Positions 37,834 to 47,871 of a stretch of DNA of 64,000 nucleotides are shown piece after piece; position 1 is the first letter of the stretch, and every line of letters begins with the position of its first letter. The DNA is from Minisyncoccota bacterium (GTDB lineage Bacteria; Patescibacteriota; Minisyncoccia; Phycocordibacterales; UBA9973). The DNA is taken from NCBI GenBank assembly GCA_041663005.1, contig JBAZRK010000002.1, positions 64,740 to 128,739 of the forward strand, written 5' to 3'. A program made the position numbers and the translations under genes. The notes under the pieces are model-generated. The model saw only the letters and a program-made list of their open reading frames with translations, did not search any database and was not told where the DNA came from.

Positions 37834-39573
37834 ATGAAAAAGATCTGCCAAAACTGTGAAGCAGGTTTTGAAATAGATTCTGAAGATCTGAAATTTTACG
37901 CGCGAATTAGTGTCCCGCCTCCGACTTTCTGCCCACAGTGCCGGTTGGCTCGCAAGCTTATCTGGCGCAACGAGCGCTCGCTCTATAAAAGAAAGTGTGA
38001 CTTGTGTAAGAATGACGTCATCTCGATGTACAAAGCGGATGCCCCCTTCCCCGTCTACTGCCACGACTGCTGGTGGAGCGATGAGTGGAGCCCGCTAGAA
38101 TACGGGCAAGACTACGATTTCAATCTTCCTTTTTTTGAACAATTTAAGAGCTTACTCGAGAAAGTCCCACGCGCAGCTTCGTATGTCACCAAAAATTTGC
38201 AAAACGAGTATGTAAACTACACCACCCACACCAAAAATAGTTACTTGTTGTTCGGTAGCTGGTTTAATGAAAATTGTGGATACGGACAAACAGTTATGGA
38301 GAGCAAGGAATGCTGGGATTGTCTTTTTATGAGGAAGGGCGAACTTTGTTTTTCCTCAATGGATTGTCAGCAGTGTAGTAATCTGCTTTTTAGCCGAAAT
38401 TGCCAGGGCTGTATCGACTCCGCATTTTTATATGACTGCAGAAATTGCCAAAACTGTCTTTTCAGCTGGAACTTGCGAAATAAAAATTATCATGTCTTCA
38501 ATCAACCTGTTTCTAAAGAAGAATTTGCCCGCCTCAAGGAAGAGATGCTCAATTCGGCAGAAGCCTTAGAAAAAAACTGGGCAAATTTCAAAAAAGCTGT
38601 GCAGGAAGAAGCCATTCATAAATATATGACAGGCGAGCATAATCACAATGTCTCGGGTGAATTTATTTCGAACTGCAAAAACGTTCACTCTTCTTTCTTT
38701 ATAGATAAAGGCGAAAATGAAAAGTACGCTGTGCGCGGTGGAGTAGGACAAAAAGATTCAATGGACGTATTCGGAGTACACGCGGGAGAGCTCGCTTATG
38801 AATGCAACAATATCGACTTCTCTTCACGTTGCTTCTTCGGCCTAAATGGGGAAAACAATCTGGATTCTAGATACATCATAGATTGCGACAGCCTAAATAA
38901 TTCTTTTGGTTGTGTTTCACTCCGAAAAAATGAGTATTGTCTGCTAAATAAACAATACAGTAAGGAAGAGTATGAAAAAATTTTACCCCAAGTCGTGGAA
39001 CATATGAAAAATATGCCGTATGTTGATAAAAATAATAAAACTTACGGATATGGTGAATTTTTCCCCGCAGATCTTTGTCCTCACGCTTACAACGAAAGCA
39101 TCGCCCAAGAATGGATACCTCTTTCTGGGGACAAAGCTGTAACACTCGGCTATGGCTGGGATGATTCCCAAGACAAAAATTACGTCCCTACAAAAAGTTG
39201 GAAAGATCTTCCTGGAACCTTGGCGGAAACAAGCGATTCTATAACACAAGAAATTATTTTGTGTCAGGCGTGGGATGAAGACAAGGTAGCTGCCCAAAAT
39301 CACAAGTGCACCAAAGCTTTCAGAATCATCCAAGATGAACTTATTATGTATAAAAAGTGGGGGTTGCCTTTGCCTAGAAAATGCCCCAATACTAGAAATT
39401 TTGAAATGTTGCAGCTTCGCAACAAGCCTAATTTTTTCCATCGTGTATGCATGTGTGAGAATACGAATCACGAACATAGTGGCAAATGCCCGAATGAATT
39501 CGAAACCAGCTACGCTCCGGACCGCAAAGAATTAGTTTATTGTGAAAGTTGCTATAATAAAGAGGTCTACTAA
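37834..39573 (+). CDS. Cysteine-rich protein of 579 aa with zinc-ribbon-like N- and C-terminal modules and internally duplicated Cys-repeat core (paralog 1)
   Basis: C..C...F......L.FY....VP.P.FCP.CR...R...RNER.LYKR.CDLC...PFPVYC..CWW.D.W motif at N-terminus, with a related module at C-terminus. The middle has C..C repeats every 13-15 residues, and NxQYSKEEYEK occurs twice. Confidence 0.7.
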   Translation: MKKICQNCEAGFEIDSEDLKFYARISVPPPTFCPQCRLARKLIWRNERSLYKRKCDLCKNDVISMYKADAPFPVYCHDCWWSDEWSPLEYGQDYDFNLPFFEQFKSLLEKVPRAASYVTKNLQNEYVNYTTHTKNSYLLFGSWFNENCGYGQTVMESKECWDCLFMRKGELCFSSMDCQQCSNLLFSRNCQGCIDSAFLYDCRNCQNCLFSWNLRNKNYHVFNQPVSKEEFARLKEEMLNSAEALEKNWANFKKAVQEEAIHKYMTGEHNHNVSGEFISNCKNVHSSFFIDKGENEKYAVRGGVGQKDSMDVFGVHAGELAYECNNIDFSSRCFFGLNGENNLDSRYIIDCDSLNNSFGCVSLRKNEYCLLNKQYSKEEYEKILPQVVEHMKNMPYVDKNNKTYGYGEFFPADLCPHAYNESIAQEWIPLSGDKAVTLGYGWDDSQDKNYVPTKSWKDLPGTLAETSDSITQEIILCQAWDEDKVAAQNHKCTKAFRIIQDELIMYKKWGLPLPRKCPNTRNFEMLQLRNKPNFFHRVCMCENTNHEHSGKCPNEFETSYAPDRKELVYCESCYNKEVY

Positions 39574-39574
39574 C

Positions 39575-41254
39575 ATGGAAAAGCCCTGTCAAAGCTGCAA
39601 GAAAGAATTTGGGGTTCGCAAAGAGGACCTCGTTTTCTACGAGCAGATAAAGGTTCCGCCGCCCAATTTCTGCCCCGATTGCCGGATGATGCGGCGGCTC
39701 GCATTCCGAAACGAGCGAACTCTATATAAACGCCCTTGCGACTTGTGCAAGCAAGACGGCGTCTCACTCTACCCTGCCGGCACGCCCTTCCCTGTCTATT
39801 GTCAGAAATGCTGGTGGGGAGACGGCTGGGATCCAACAGCTTACGCTATGGACTGGGACAAGTCGCGTCCTTTTTACGACCAATTCCGAGAACTAAAAAA
39901 TAAAATCCCGCGCATCGGCCTTTTGGTTATCGACTGCGTCAACTGCGATTACACTAACAATACAGGTGAGTGTAAAAATTGCTACCTGATTTTTGCGGCG
40001 GAAACGAATGAGGACTGTATGTACGGTAGATTGATACAGCGCTGTAAAAATTCTATGGATTGCGCCTTCCTGTATGATTCCGAGCTTTGCTACGAGTGCG
40101 TAGACACCAGAAAATCATTCAAATGTATGTATAGTGAGCGTTTGCTGGAGTGCGTGGATGTAATGTTCTCTTTCGATATGCGCAATTCGCAAAACTGCAT
40201 CTTCTGCGTAAACGGACGTAACTTAAATTATTGTATTGAGAACGTACAGTATAGTAAGGAAGAATATGAAAAGAAGAAAGCTGAAATTTTATCCTCTTAC
40301 GAGTCCATCGAGGAGGCTAAGAGAAAATATAACGATTTGCGGTCAAAAGCTTTAGTAAAATACGCGGTCGCTACGAAGTGCAACGACGCCACCGGTGACT
40401 ATATGTACAATTGCCACGAAGGCGTAAACATCTTCGACGCATCCAATACCAAAAACTCTTCCTATGTTGCGGACGCAGAAGACGCGCTCGACTGCCAAGA
40501 TTGCAACAACTTATATTTCAAACCAGAACGCCTCTACAACATAATGGGCACACTTCAGAGTACCAACTGCATCGCGGGGGTATACATTATGTATGGCAAT
40601 GAAGTGCATTACTCCGACAGTTGCTACAACTGTGTTAGCTGTTTTGGGTGCGTTGGTTTGAATAAAAAGAATTATCACATCCTGAACAAAGAATATTCCA
40701 AGGAAGAATACCAGAAAATTAAATCCGAAATCGTGGAACAATTAAAAAAAGACGGCCTGTACGGTGACTTCTTTCCTCCGGAACTCTCCCCTTTCGGATA
40801 CAATGAAAGCTTGGCTCAAGAATATTATCCATTGTCGGAAAAAGAAGCCGGAGAAAGAGGATTTAACTGGCAAAAGCAAACTTCCGGCACTTATGGCAAA
40901 GAAACCTTAAAAGAAAACGAAATCCCCGCCACTTTAGGCGAAGCCACAGAAGATATTTTAAACCAAATACTTGTCTGCAAGGATTGCAAAAAGAATTTCC
41001 GTATCACTCGCGGTGAATTGGATTTCTACAAGCGCATGAATCTCCCCCTACCGCACAAAGATTTCGAATGTCGACATCAAGACCGAATGAAAAAGAGAAA
41101 TCCTCGCCAACTCTGGCCACGTAGCTGTATGTGTACGCTCAAAAACCATCAACATAAAGACAAAAACTGCGAAAATATTTTTGAAACAAGCTACTCCCCC
41201 AACCGCCCCGAGACAGTCTATTGCGAACCTTGCTACCAACAAGAAGTTTCTTAG
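39575..41254 (+). CDS. Cysteine-rich protein (paralog 2), tandem duplicate of the upstream gene
   Basis: Same architecture, about 40 percent identical by eye. AAGAGG Shine-Dalgarno lies before the ATG at 39575, directly after the paralog 1 stop. Confidence 0.7.
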   Translation: MEKPCQSCKKEFGVRKEDLVFYEQIKVPPPNFCPDCRMMRRLAFRNERTLYKRPCDLCKQDGVSLYPAGTPFPVYCQKCWWGDGWDPTAYAMDWDKSRPFYDQFRELKNKIPRIGLLVIDCVNCDYTNNTGECKNCYLIFAAETNEDCMYGRLIQRCKNSMDCAFLYDSELCYECVDTRKSFKCMYSERLLECVDVMFSFDMRNSQNCIFCVNGRNLNYCIENVQYSKEEYEKKKAEILSSYESIEEAKRKYNDLRSKALVKYAVATKCNDATGDYMYNCHEGVNIFDASNTKNSSYVADAEDALDCQDCNNLYFKPERLYNIMGTLQSTNCIAGVYIMYGNEVHYSDSCYNCVSCFGCVGLNKKNYHILNKEYSKEEYQKIKSEIVEQLKKDGLYGDFFPPELSPFGYNESLAQEYYPLSEKEAGERGFNWQKQTSGTYGKETLKENEIPATLGEATEDILNQILVCKDCKKNFRITRGELDFYKRMNLPLPHKDFECRHQDRMKKRNPRQLWPRSCMCTLKNHQHKDKNCENIFETSYSPNRPETVYCEPCYQQEVS

Positions 41255-41367
41255 TTCGGACGTCCAACGTCCGAATAATATCGCATTGAAGTTAATGAAC
41301 ATTAACCTTATTTTCAGTTAATAATCGATAACTTTACATTAACCTCCTTTCTTGTTATAAATAAAGG

Positions 41368-42636
41368 GTGATATACAAAAGTAAATTATTCTATACCACT
41401 CGAGAAGTGGCCGAAATTCTAAAAGTTTCTTCCGTCACCATTTTCAAAAGAATTAAGGGTGGCAAAATTAATGCCGAAAAAATCGGCAAGAATTACCTCA
41501 TCCCCCGAAGTGAGCTCGCTCGTTTTGGAATAAAAACCGAAAATAGCTCAATGGAAATCTCAGAAGTACCTGAGGCAAAAACACTGGCTAAAGAAATATC
41601 TGATGATTTGAGAGGCACTACTTTTATACGTGATGGGAAAACAGTAGTCATCAAGCATGAAGATCTTTTCAAAACTCGATTTGACATAGAAGGCCGAGAT
41701 TTAATTGTGGGCTTCAACGAACCTGCTTTCAAAAAATCAAAAGATGATTTGACGCTCGGAGATCTCGATTCCCCTCTGAATGCCAGGCTTATCACGTATT
41801 TTTTGCCAGCAATACAAATCGCTCTTATGCAAAAGAAAAAACCTCGTCTGATTGTAGTAACTGGTATTAATGCTGCTCTAAAATATAATGCACAAAACGA
41901 AGAGCAAAGGAAAATAATGTACCGTAATAATATGCTGAAACTTAAGTTTATCGAAGAAACATTAAATAAATTCTTTCCTAATGCTTTTTCTATTATTGAA
42001 ACTCGTCTGGCATACGATTTTATGAAAATTTCTGAAGATAAACTGGATAAACTGTGGCAAGTTTTCATAAAGCGGTTCCCAGAAAGAATTGCGCCCCTGT
42101 CGGAAAGCCTGAAACTATTCAGCTCGAGCGGTAACACAAATTATTCTAATGAAAATAAACTTCGCGAGTCATTTCGTTACGCAGTACTTCACTTGTTTGC
42201 ATTGGGAGATGTTAATTTGGATTACGATTTCGTTCATAATGAAAAGGGTTATTGTTCCATTGGGGAGCACCAAGAGCTTATTTTCAATATAGTCCGCGAA
42301 GTTGGCTATGAGATTTTAAAGGATGTCGGTGAAGTAGTATTTGAGCGTGAAGTACACTGTTTTAAAAATCCAAAAATTGTAATTGAAGACAAGGGCCACG
42401 TACCGCCACCATATAACGGCTCTTTTAGAAGTAACGGGAACAGAACTTCTATTGATGAGGTAACTTACAAAAATAGCCGTGAATTGTCGTATTATGACAC
42501 CCGCCCCAGGCTCAAGCCACATATGGATTATCTATATAAAATCATTCCTAGGGAAACTTTTGAAAAATACTGGAAGGAATACAAACCTCGCTATTTAGAA
42601 TTAGAAAAAAGATACAACGAGGCTTATGGAATATAA
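41368..42636 (+). CDS. Hypothetical protein with an N-terminal excisionase/MerR-like HTH (HTH_17-type)
   Basis: TTREVAEILKVSSVTIFKRIKGGKINAEKIGKNYLIPRSEL resembles a DNA-binding excisionase-family HTH. The remaining roughly 370 aa are unrecognised. Confidence 0.55.
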   Translation: MIYKSKLFYTTREVAEILKVSSVTIFKRIKGGKINAEKIGKNYLIPRSELARFGIKTENSSMEISEVPEAKTLAKEISDDLRGTTFIRDGKTVVIKHEDLFKTRFDIEGRDLIVGFNEPAFKKSKDDLTLGDLDSPLNARLITYFLPAIQIALMQKKKPRLIVVTGINAALKYNAQNEEQRKIMYRNNMLKLKFIEETLNKFFPNAFSIIETRLAYDFMKISEDKLDKLWQVFIKRFPERIAPLSESLKLFSSSGNTNYSNENKLRESFRYAVLHLFALGDVNLDYDFVHNEKGYCSIGEHQELIFNIVREVGYEILKDVGEVVFEREVHCFKNPKIVIEDKGHVPPPYNGSFRSNGNRTSIDEVTYKNSRELSYYDTRPRLKPHMDYLYKIIPRETFEKYWKEYKPRYLELEKRYNEAYGI

Positions 42637-43201
42637 ACTCCTTCTCGGCACAACGGCGGTAGTAATAGAATTGGCGAGCTATGCCATTTATTTTTTCGGC
42701 ATCTGGAAAGGCAAAACCAAACCACATGCTTTCACTTGGCTGGTGTGGGGAATTTTGAATGTTGTGGCTTTTGCTGCTGTCTTAATATCCGGCGGTGAAG
42801 CTGGGTCTTGGGTTCTTGGAGTAAATGCACTTGCTTGCCTTATTATTTCCGGCATCGGTTTCTACCAAAAACACGTAGTGTACGATACACATGATTGGCT
42901 AGCACTTTTAGGCGCCTTGGTTGGAGTATTCTTGTGGTGGCTAACTTCTAATCCCCTATACGCGGTGATACTAGTATGCCTGTCCGACGGTATCGGATCT
43001 GTGCCTATATTTAGGAAAGCCTACCGCGCGCCCTTCGAAGAAAACGTGCCGGCGTTTGCGGTTGGAATATTATATTACCCTCTGGCAATTTTAGCGCTCG
43101 AGTCACTTTCTCTCACCACTTGGCTTTATCCTGCGTTTGTAATACTGCTTGATGGTGCTCTCGTAATCTTAATTCTCGCCCGCCGAAAACAATCCAGATA
43201 G
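42626..43201 (+). CDS. Hypothetical polytopic membrane protein
   Basis: Five to six predicted TM helices. Its stop codon is embedded in the 43195-43219 palindrome. Confidence 0.5.
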   Translation: MEYKLLLGTTAVVIELASYAIYFFGIWKGKTKPHAFTWLVWGILNVVAFAAVLISGGEAGSWVLGVNALACLIISGIGFYQKHVVYDTHDWLALLGALVGVFLWWLTSNPLYAVILVCLSDGIGSVPIFRKAYRAPFEENVPAFAVGILYYPLAILALESLSLTTWLYPAFVILLDGALVILILARRKQSR

Positions 43202-43219
43202 AGGTTAAACCTCTATCTG
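43195..43219. repeat. Palindrome CAGATAGAGGTTAAACCTCTATCTG, second copy. Acts as a bidirectional terminator-like hairpin between convergent genes
   Basis: Identical core to 35361-35381. Followed by gtgtttttggtg. Confidence 0.6.
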
Positions 43220-43221
43220 GG

Positions 43222-44799
43222 TTACTTCCTAACCCCGTGTTTTTGGTGCAATTTTCCCACTTCAGCTTCTTCAAGTTCTTCTTTTTTCTCTTTGCCGCGC
43301 TCGCCGAGCGTGCGAAGTTCATCATCGCCAAGCATATTTAGAGATTTTACTAGTTCGGATAGGTGCTCCACGGTGTTTTTCTCCGGCGCATCAAGCACCT
43401 CCTCGAGAAGTGCGTGGAGAATCCACCCCATTCGAGGTCCAGGCTTAATGCCTAGCTCTTTTTGCAAGAATCCCCCGTCAATTTTAAGCTGTGAAACAGA
43501 AATGGGGTCGCGGAGAGCTTCTTCCACCATTGCGAAATACTTCCTGAGGCGATAAGGCGCTTCCTTCTTCTTCATTCCCACCCTGTCGCACTCACGGACA
43601 TCCATCAAAAGCCAAATATCATCTTTCCCAACTTTCGCAATTATTCGACGCACGGCGGAGAGAGTAATTTTTTCAGTATCAGAAAAAAACATATGGTTCC
43701 GCACCATCTTTTCCACAAGTTCAATTTCATCTCGCGAAAATTTCAAACGCTCCATAATCTTTTTCGCCATTCGCGCGCCCACAACTTCGTGGCCGTAAAA
43801 TGTGTACATTTTCTTGGCCGAGCCACGAGGCTTCTGCGAATGGTTGACGTTGCTCTGCAGGAAATCCTTCGCAGAAGCATCTGGCGAGGCAACAGACAAA
43901 CGCCTCGTTCGCGGTTTGCCCACGTCGTGGAACAGTGCCGAAAGCCTTATGCCTAAAGGCCAATTCTTGTCTGCCGCATGCTGAGCTGCAAGTAGCAAAT
44001 GATTCCAAACATCATAAATATGTTCCCCGGATTGATCGCAACCTATTCCCTCTTCTAACTCCGGAATTATGTATTTGAGAATTCCTAATTTCTGTAGCAT
44101 CACAATTCCGCTTGCAGGATTTTCCGACATAATTATTTTCACAAACTCGTCGCGAATTCTTTCAGCGGAAATTTTTTTTATTAACTCCGCATTTTTCACA
44201 ATACTTTGCGTTGCTTCTTCGGACACAGAAAAATCGAGTTGGCAAGAGAAGCGAATTGCTCGGAGCATTCTGAGTGCATCTTCAGAAAATCTATCGTCGG
44301 GGTTTCCTACTGCACGAATAGTTTTGTCCTTTATGTCCTTTATGCCGTCGAACAAGTCTACGAGCTGTCCGTTAGAGTTTAAAGCTATCGCATTAATGGT
44401 AAAGTCACGTCTCTTAAGGTCGTCTTCTAGCTTGTCGCTAAATTTTACCTCATCTGGGCGCCTAAAATCGCTGTATTTTGCCTCAATTCTGTAAGGAGTT
44501 ACCTCAATTATATTATAGGTGAGTGTTTCAGGTGAAACATCGGACTTCCCTGTTTCTCGTGAAACGCACACCCCGACTGTGCCAAAACTATTTTCATACA
44601 CTGTTTTCTCAAACAGAGCCATTATTTGCTCTGGCGTCGCGTTCGTAGTTACATCCCAGTCTTTGGGCGTTCTGCCAATCAAAAGGTCTCGAACACACCC
44701 TCCTACCAGGTACGCTTCAAAATCCGCTTTTTCCAGAGCAGTTGTTACATATGAAACATCGGCAGGTACTTTCGATATTAAATTTTTATAGGAGTCCAT
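43222..44799 (-). CDS. cca: CCA-adding enzyme / tRNA nucleotidyltransferase with HD domain
   Basis: Pol-beta NTase motif GGCVRDLLIGRTPKDWDVTT, and an HD domain (HD...DVGK). Confidence 0.85.
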   Translation of the reverse strand: MDSYKNLISKVPADVSYVTTALEKADFEAYLVGGCVRDLLIGRTPKDWDVTTNATPEQIMALFEKTVYENSFGTVGVCVSRETGKSDVSPETLTYNIIEVTPYRIEAKYSDFRRPDEVKFSDKLEDDLKRRDFTINAIALNSNGQLVDLFDGIKDIKDKTIRAVGNPDDRFSEDALRMLRAIRFSCQLDFSVSEEATQSIVKNAELIKKISAERIRDEFVKIIMSENPASGIVMLQKLGILKYIIPELEEGIGCDQSGEHIYDVWNHLLLAAQHAADKNWPLGIRLSALFHDVGKPRTRRLSVASPDASAKDFLQSNVNHSQKPRGSAKKMYTFYGHEVVGARMAKKIMERLKFSRDEIELVEKMVRNHMFFSDTEKITLSAVRRIIAKVGKDDIWLLMDVRECDRVGMKKKEAPYRLRKYFAMVEEALRDPISVSQLKIDGGFLQKELGIKPGPRMGWILHALLEEVLDAPEKNTVEHLSELVKSLNMLGDDELRTLGERGKEKKEELEEAEVGKLHQKHGVRK

Positions 44800-44808
44800 T
44801 TACCTTTG

Positions 44809-44880
44809 TGCACCCGGAGGGATTCGAACCCCCAACGACAGTTCCGAAGACTGTTGTGATATCCATTTCACTACGGGTGC
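44809..44880 (-). tRNA. tRNA-Arg (anticodon TCG)
   Basis: Cloverleaf with acceptor gcacccg/cgggtgc, anticodon loop cTTCGga and T-loop ttcgaat. CCA is not encoded. Confidence 0.7.
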
Positions 44881-45013
44881 AGGATTATTTAATAATACTT
44901 CATTATTTTACACTATTTAAAAAATATTGGCAAATCATGCTTATTTTACAAGGTGAATTGATAATTGCATTAACCCTATATTAATTATATAATACAACAG
45001 TATTTTTTTAACT

Positions 45014-45084
45014 GCGGTCATGGTTTAGTGGTAGAACACGTCCTTGCCAAGGATGAGACGGGAGTTCGATTCTCCCTGGCCGCA
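45014..45084 (+). tRNA. tRNA-Gly (anticodon GCC)
   Basis: Acceptor gcggtca/tggccgc, D-loop with GG, anticodon loop ttGCCaa, T-loop ttcgatt. No encoded CCA. Confidence 0.75.
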
Positions 45085-45322
45085 CTTCGACAGACTCAGC
45101 ACAAGCACCTCAGGTGTCCTTTACTTTCTTCCCATAATATAAGGATTTTGTGGAAAACTGGGGATAACTATGTGAGTAATGGGTATAAAGGACAGTGAAA
45201 AGTGCTGTCTTTGAAGAGGGATTTTAGAGAATTTAGCTTGTTAAATAAGGATATTATAGTAAAAGACATCGAAAATTGCTATTTTGTTTCACGTGAAACG
45301 TGTTTCTTATGAAACAACACTA

Positions 45323-45733
45323 ATGCCTAAGGTTTTTACCTCAAAAAGCCAAAAAACTGGAGAAATCGGTGAAAATATAGCCGTAAAGTTTCTCATGAAA
45401 CAAGGATTTTCCATAATTGAGCGTAATTACACTAAAAAGTGGGGTGAGATAGATATCATAGCAGAACGTACTGGTAAACTGCATTTTGTGGAAGTTAAGT
45501 CAGTGTCAAAGCCTAACCTCGAGGGTGTTACACGGGAAACACTTGATCAGTACCACCCTGAAGACAATATGCATCCGTGGAAACTTAAGCGGTTGTCTCG
45601 GACAATTCAGACATACCTAGTGTCGCAAAAAGTGCCAGACGATACAGAATGGCAGGTGGACTTACTAGTAGTATTTCTAAACCTTACGGACAAGAAAGCC
45701 CGCGTAAAAGTAGTCAGCGATATAATTTTATGA
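45323..45733 (+). CDS. YraN-family (UPF0102) predicted endonuclease
   Basis: GEIGENIAVKFLMKQGFSIIERNY...GEIDIIA pattern of UPF0102. The ATG at 45323 is preferred. Confidence 0.7.
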   Translation: MPKVFTSKSQKTGEIGENIAVKFLMKQGFSIIERNYTKKWGEIDIIAERTGKLHFVEVKSVSKPNLEGVTRETLDQYHPEDNMHPWKLKRLSRTIQTYLVSQKVPDDTEWQVDLLVVFLNLTDKKARVKVVSDIIL

Positions 45734-45789
45734 TATATTCAAATAGCTATAAGTGTAAACGGGCTTGCCCGACAAAGCTTTAGCATCGG

Positions 45790-45860
45790 CGGGCCGTAGT
45801 ATACCGGTAGTACAAGCGCTTTGGGAGCGTTTAGACTGGGTTCGATTCCCAGCGGCCCGA
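45790..45860 (+). tRNA. tRNA-Pro (anticodon TGG)
   Basis: Acceptor cgggccg/cggcccg, anticodon loop ttTGGga, T-arm ctgggttcgattcccag. Confidence 0.7.
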
Positions 45861-45905
45861 CAAGTTGAGGTTTTTGCGGGCTTGCCCGCCGAAGCCTTGG
45901 CGCAG

Positions 45906-45976
45906 GCGGGATTAGTTTAATGGTAAAATAACAGTTTTCCAAACTGTGGTTAGGAGTTCGATTCTCCTATCCCGCA
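45906..45976 (+). tRNA. tRNA-Gly (anticodon TCC)
   Basis: Acceptor gcgggat/atcccgc, anticodon stem acagt/actgt with loop ttTCCaa, T-loop ttcgatt. Confidence 0.65.
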
Positions 45977-46047
45977 CAAAAAATTTCTCTTTTAATTTTG
46001 CCACTTTTTGCAAATAATTTTATTTAATATACTATTAATCCATAATT

Positions 46048-46791
46048 ATGACGTACATATATGCCTTCGGTAGCGTTATAGTGGTGAGCCTGGTCTCAAT
46101 GATCGGAGTTTTCACTTTGTCTATAAAAGAAGCCGCTCTTAAAAAATATATTTTTATTTTTATTTCTCTCGCCGTCGGCGCGCTCCTGGGTGATTCATTT
46201 ATTCACCTGATTCCGGAAGCATTCGAGAGTGGTGTTGGTAATGTGTTGGTAAGCATTTTAATTATCGTCGGAATTCTAATCTTTTTTATTCTGGAAAAAT
46301 TCTTGCACTGGCACCACCACGGTGAAGACGAAAGCGAGGACTCTATTCATCCAGCAGGGAAGCTAATTCTCCTCTCCGATGGCGTCCACAACTTCATCGA
46401 CGGCATCATCATAGGCGTGAGCTTCCTTGTAGGACCCCACGTAGGGATTGCCACGACTATTGCGGTCATATTGCACGAAATACCCCAAGAAATAGGGGAT
46501 TTCGCCGTTTTGCTTCATTCCGGCTATACCAAATCGAGAGCCCTCTGGCTTAACTTCTTGTCCGCTCTTGCGGCAGTGTTCGGCGTTGTTATAGCCTTTC
46601 TTTTAGGTGAGGCTGGAGAAATTTTTACGCTCTGGATTCTGCCAATTGCCGCGGGGGGGTTCATATACGTCGCCGTCGCTGACCTCATCCCGGAGCTCCA
46701 TAAAACAAAAGAAGCAAAACATTCTTTGCTTCAAATTATCGCCGTTGTAGTGGGCGTCTTGTCTATGGTTGCCTTAGTGGCGCTTGAATAA
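46048..46791 (+). CDS. zupT: ZIP-family zinc transporter
   Basis: Eight TM segments with His-rich loop HWHHHGEDE and the HEIPQEIGDFAVLL ZIP signature. Confidence 0.8.
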   Translation: MTYIYAFGSVIVVSLVSMIGVFTLSIKEAALKKYIFIFISLAVGALLGDSFIHLIPEAFESGVGNVLVSILIIVGILIFFILEKFLHWHHHGEDESEDSIHPAGKLILLSDGVHNFIDGIIIGVSFLVGPHVGIATTIAVILHEIPQEIGDFAVLLHSGYTKSRALWLNFLSALAAVFGVVIAFLLGEAGEIFTLWILPIAAGGFIYVAVADLIPELHKTKEAKHSLLQIIAVVVGVLSMVALVALE

Positions 46792-46806
46792 AAAATTTAA
46801 AATATT

Positions 46807-47871
46807 TTAGAAAGGATTTTTCGCACCCTGAACTTCGAAGTGGAGGTGTGGTCCGGTAGAGCGTCCGGTAGAACCCACGGCGCCTATTTGTCCTCCTTGC
46901 TTCACGTGTGCGCCGGTCGTAGTGTCTATCCTCGACATATGTCCGTAGAGAGTTTTTGTGCCGTTGGGATGCTGGATGATAACCATATTTCCATAGCCTC
47001 CGTTATATCCAGTACGAGCAAGCAAAACTGTTCCTTCTGCCGCCGCAAGAATGCGAGTGCCTGTTGGTGCTGCCATATCCACACCACGATTGCCCGGGCC
47101 GTGTAGACCTTGACTGCGACGTTTCATTTCTGGAACTGGATGAATAAAGTAGCCGGTAGCATCCTTTAGCGGAGCATTGGTTAAGTAGCTACCACCGCCG
47201 GAAGATTTCTTTTTAGGGGCTGCGCTTGGCGAACTATCATTCGGCATTTCCGCGTCAGGGATAACAAGTTCATCGCCGATAGCTAGCACTGCACCCTTCT
47301 CTAGGCCGTTGAAGCTTGTGATAGTTTCCATATCAACCTTGTATTTCTTGGCAATATTGGCAAGTGTCTCACCTTTGGCAACGGTGTGCTGAACACCGGA
47401 AACAGGCAGAATAAAAAGGGTGTCGCCCTCTTTTAGCTTTTCACCCTTTTTTAAATCGTTGGCCCATAGAATTGTATTGGAAGAAACATCGAACATTTCG
47501 GCTATCTGGGCAATGGTGTCACCCTTGTGAACCACATACACACTTATGTCGTCTGGGTTCAGCCCTGAACTATCGACATCCACCCCACCGATTGAACTAA
47601 TAGACGATGGACTGACGGACGGAAGCAGGGCGCTGTCGGCAACAATACTGCCGCTTAGGCTACCGCTCACTTCTTGGACCGCCTTGTCTTTGGAATTGCG
47701 AGGGGAATTTGAAGACACCTCTGCTCCGAGGAGAGAGATGGTTTGAGAATTATCTACTGATTGGCCAGACCTAGTATTGGCGTAAGCATCGCTTCCTAAA
47801 AGGGAAGAGAGTAGGCTCGCTCCAGCGACAACGGGCATAAAAAGCGCCCCGGGTAGGAACGAAAAGGCCAA
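46807..47871 (-). CDS. LysM-domain M23 family metallopeptidase
   Basis: Two LysM repeats (YVVHKGDTIAQIA..., HTVAKGETLANIA...) and an M23 core (H.G.D...G, GYGNMVIIQH, TGRSTGPHLHFEV). Confidence 0.85.
   Translation of the reverse strand: MAFSFLPGALFMPVVAGASLLSSLLGSDAYANTRSGQSVDNSQTISLLGAEVSSNSPRNSKDKAVQEVSGSLSGSIVADSALLPSVSPSSISSIGGVDVDSSGLNPDDISVYVVHKGDTIAQIAEMFDVSSNTILWANDLKKGEKLKEGDTLFILPVSGVQHTVAKGETLANIAKKYKVDMETITSFNGLEKGAVLAIGDELVIPDAEMPNDSSPSAAPKKKSSGGGSYLTNAPLKDATGYFIHPVPEMKRRSQGLHGPGNRGVDMAAPTGTRILAAAEGTVLLARTGYNGGYGNMVIIQHPNGTKTLYGHMSRIDTTTGAHVKQGGQIGAVGSTGRSTGPHLHFEVQGAKNPF

Noticed and set aside
45739-45942. Minus-strand 67-aa ORF
   Set aside because: It overlaps tRNA-Pro and tRNA-Gly(TCC) and is spurious.
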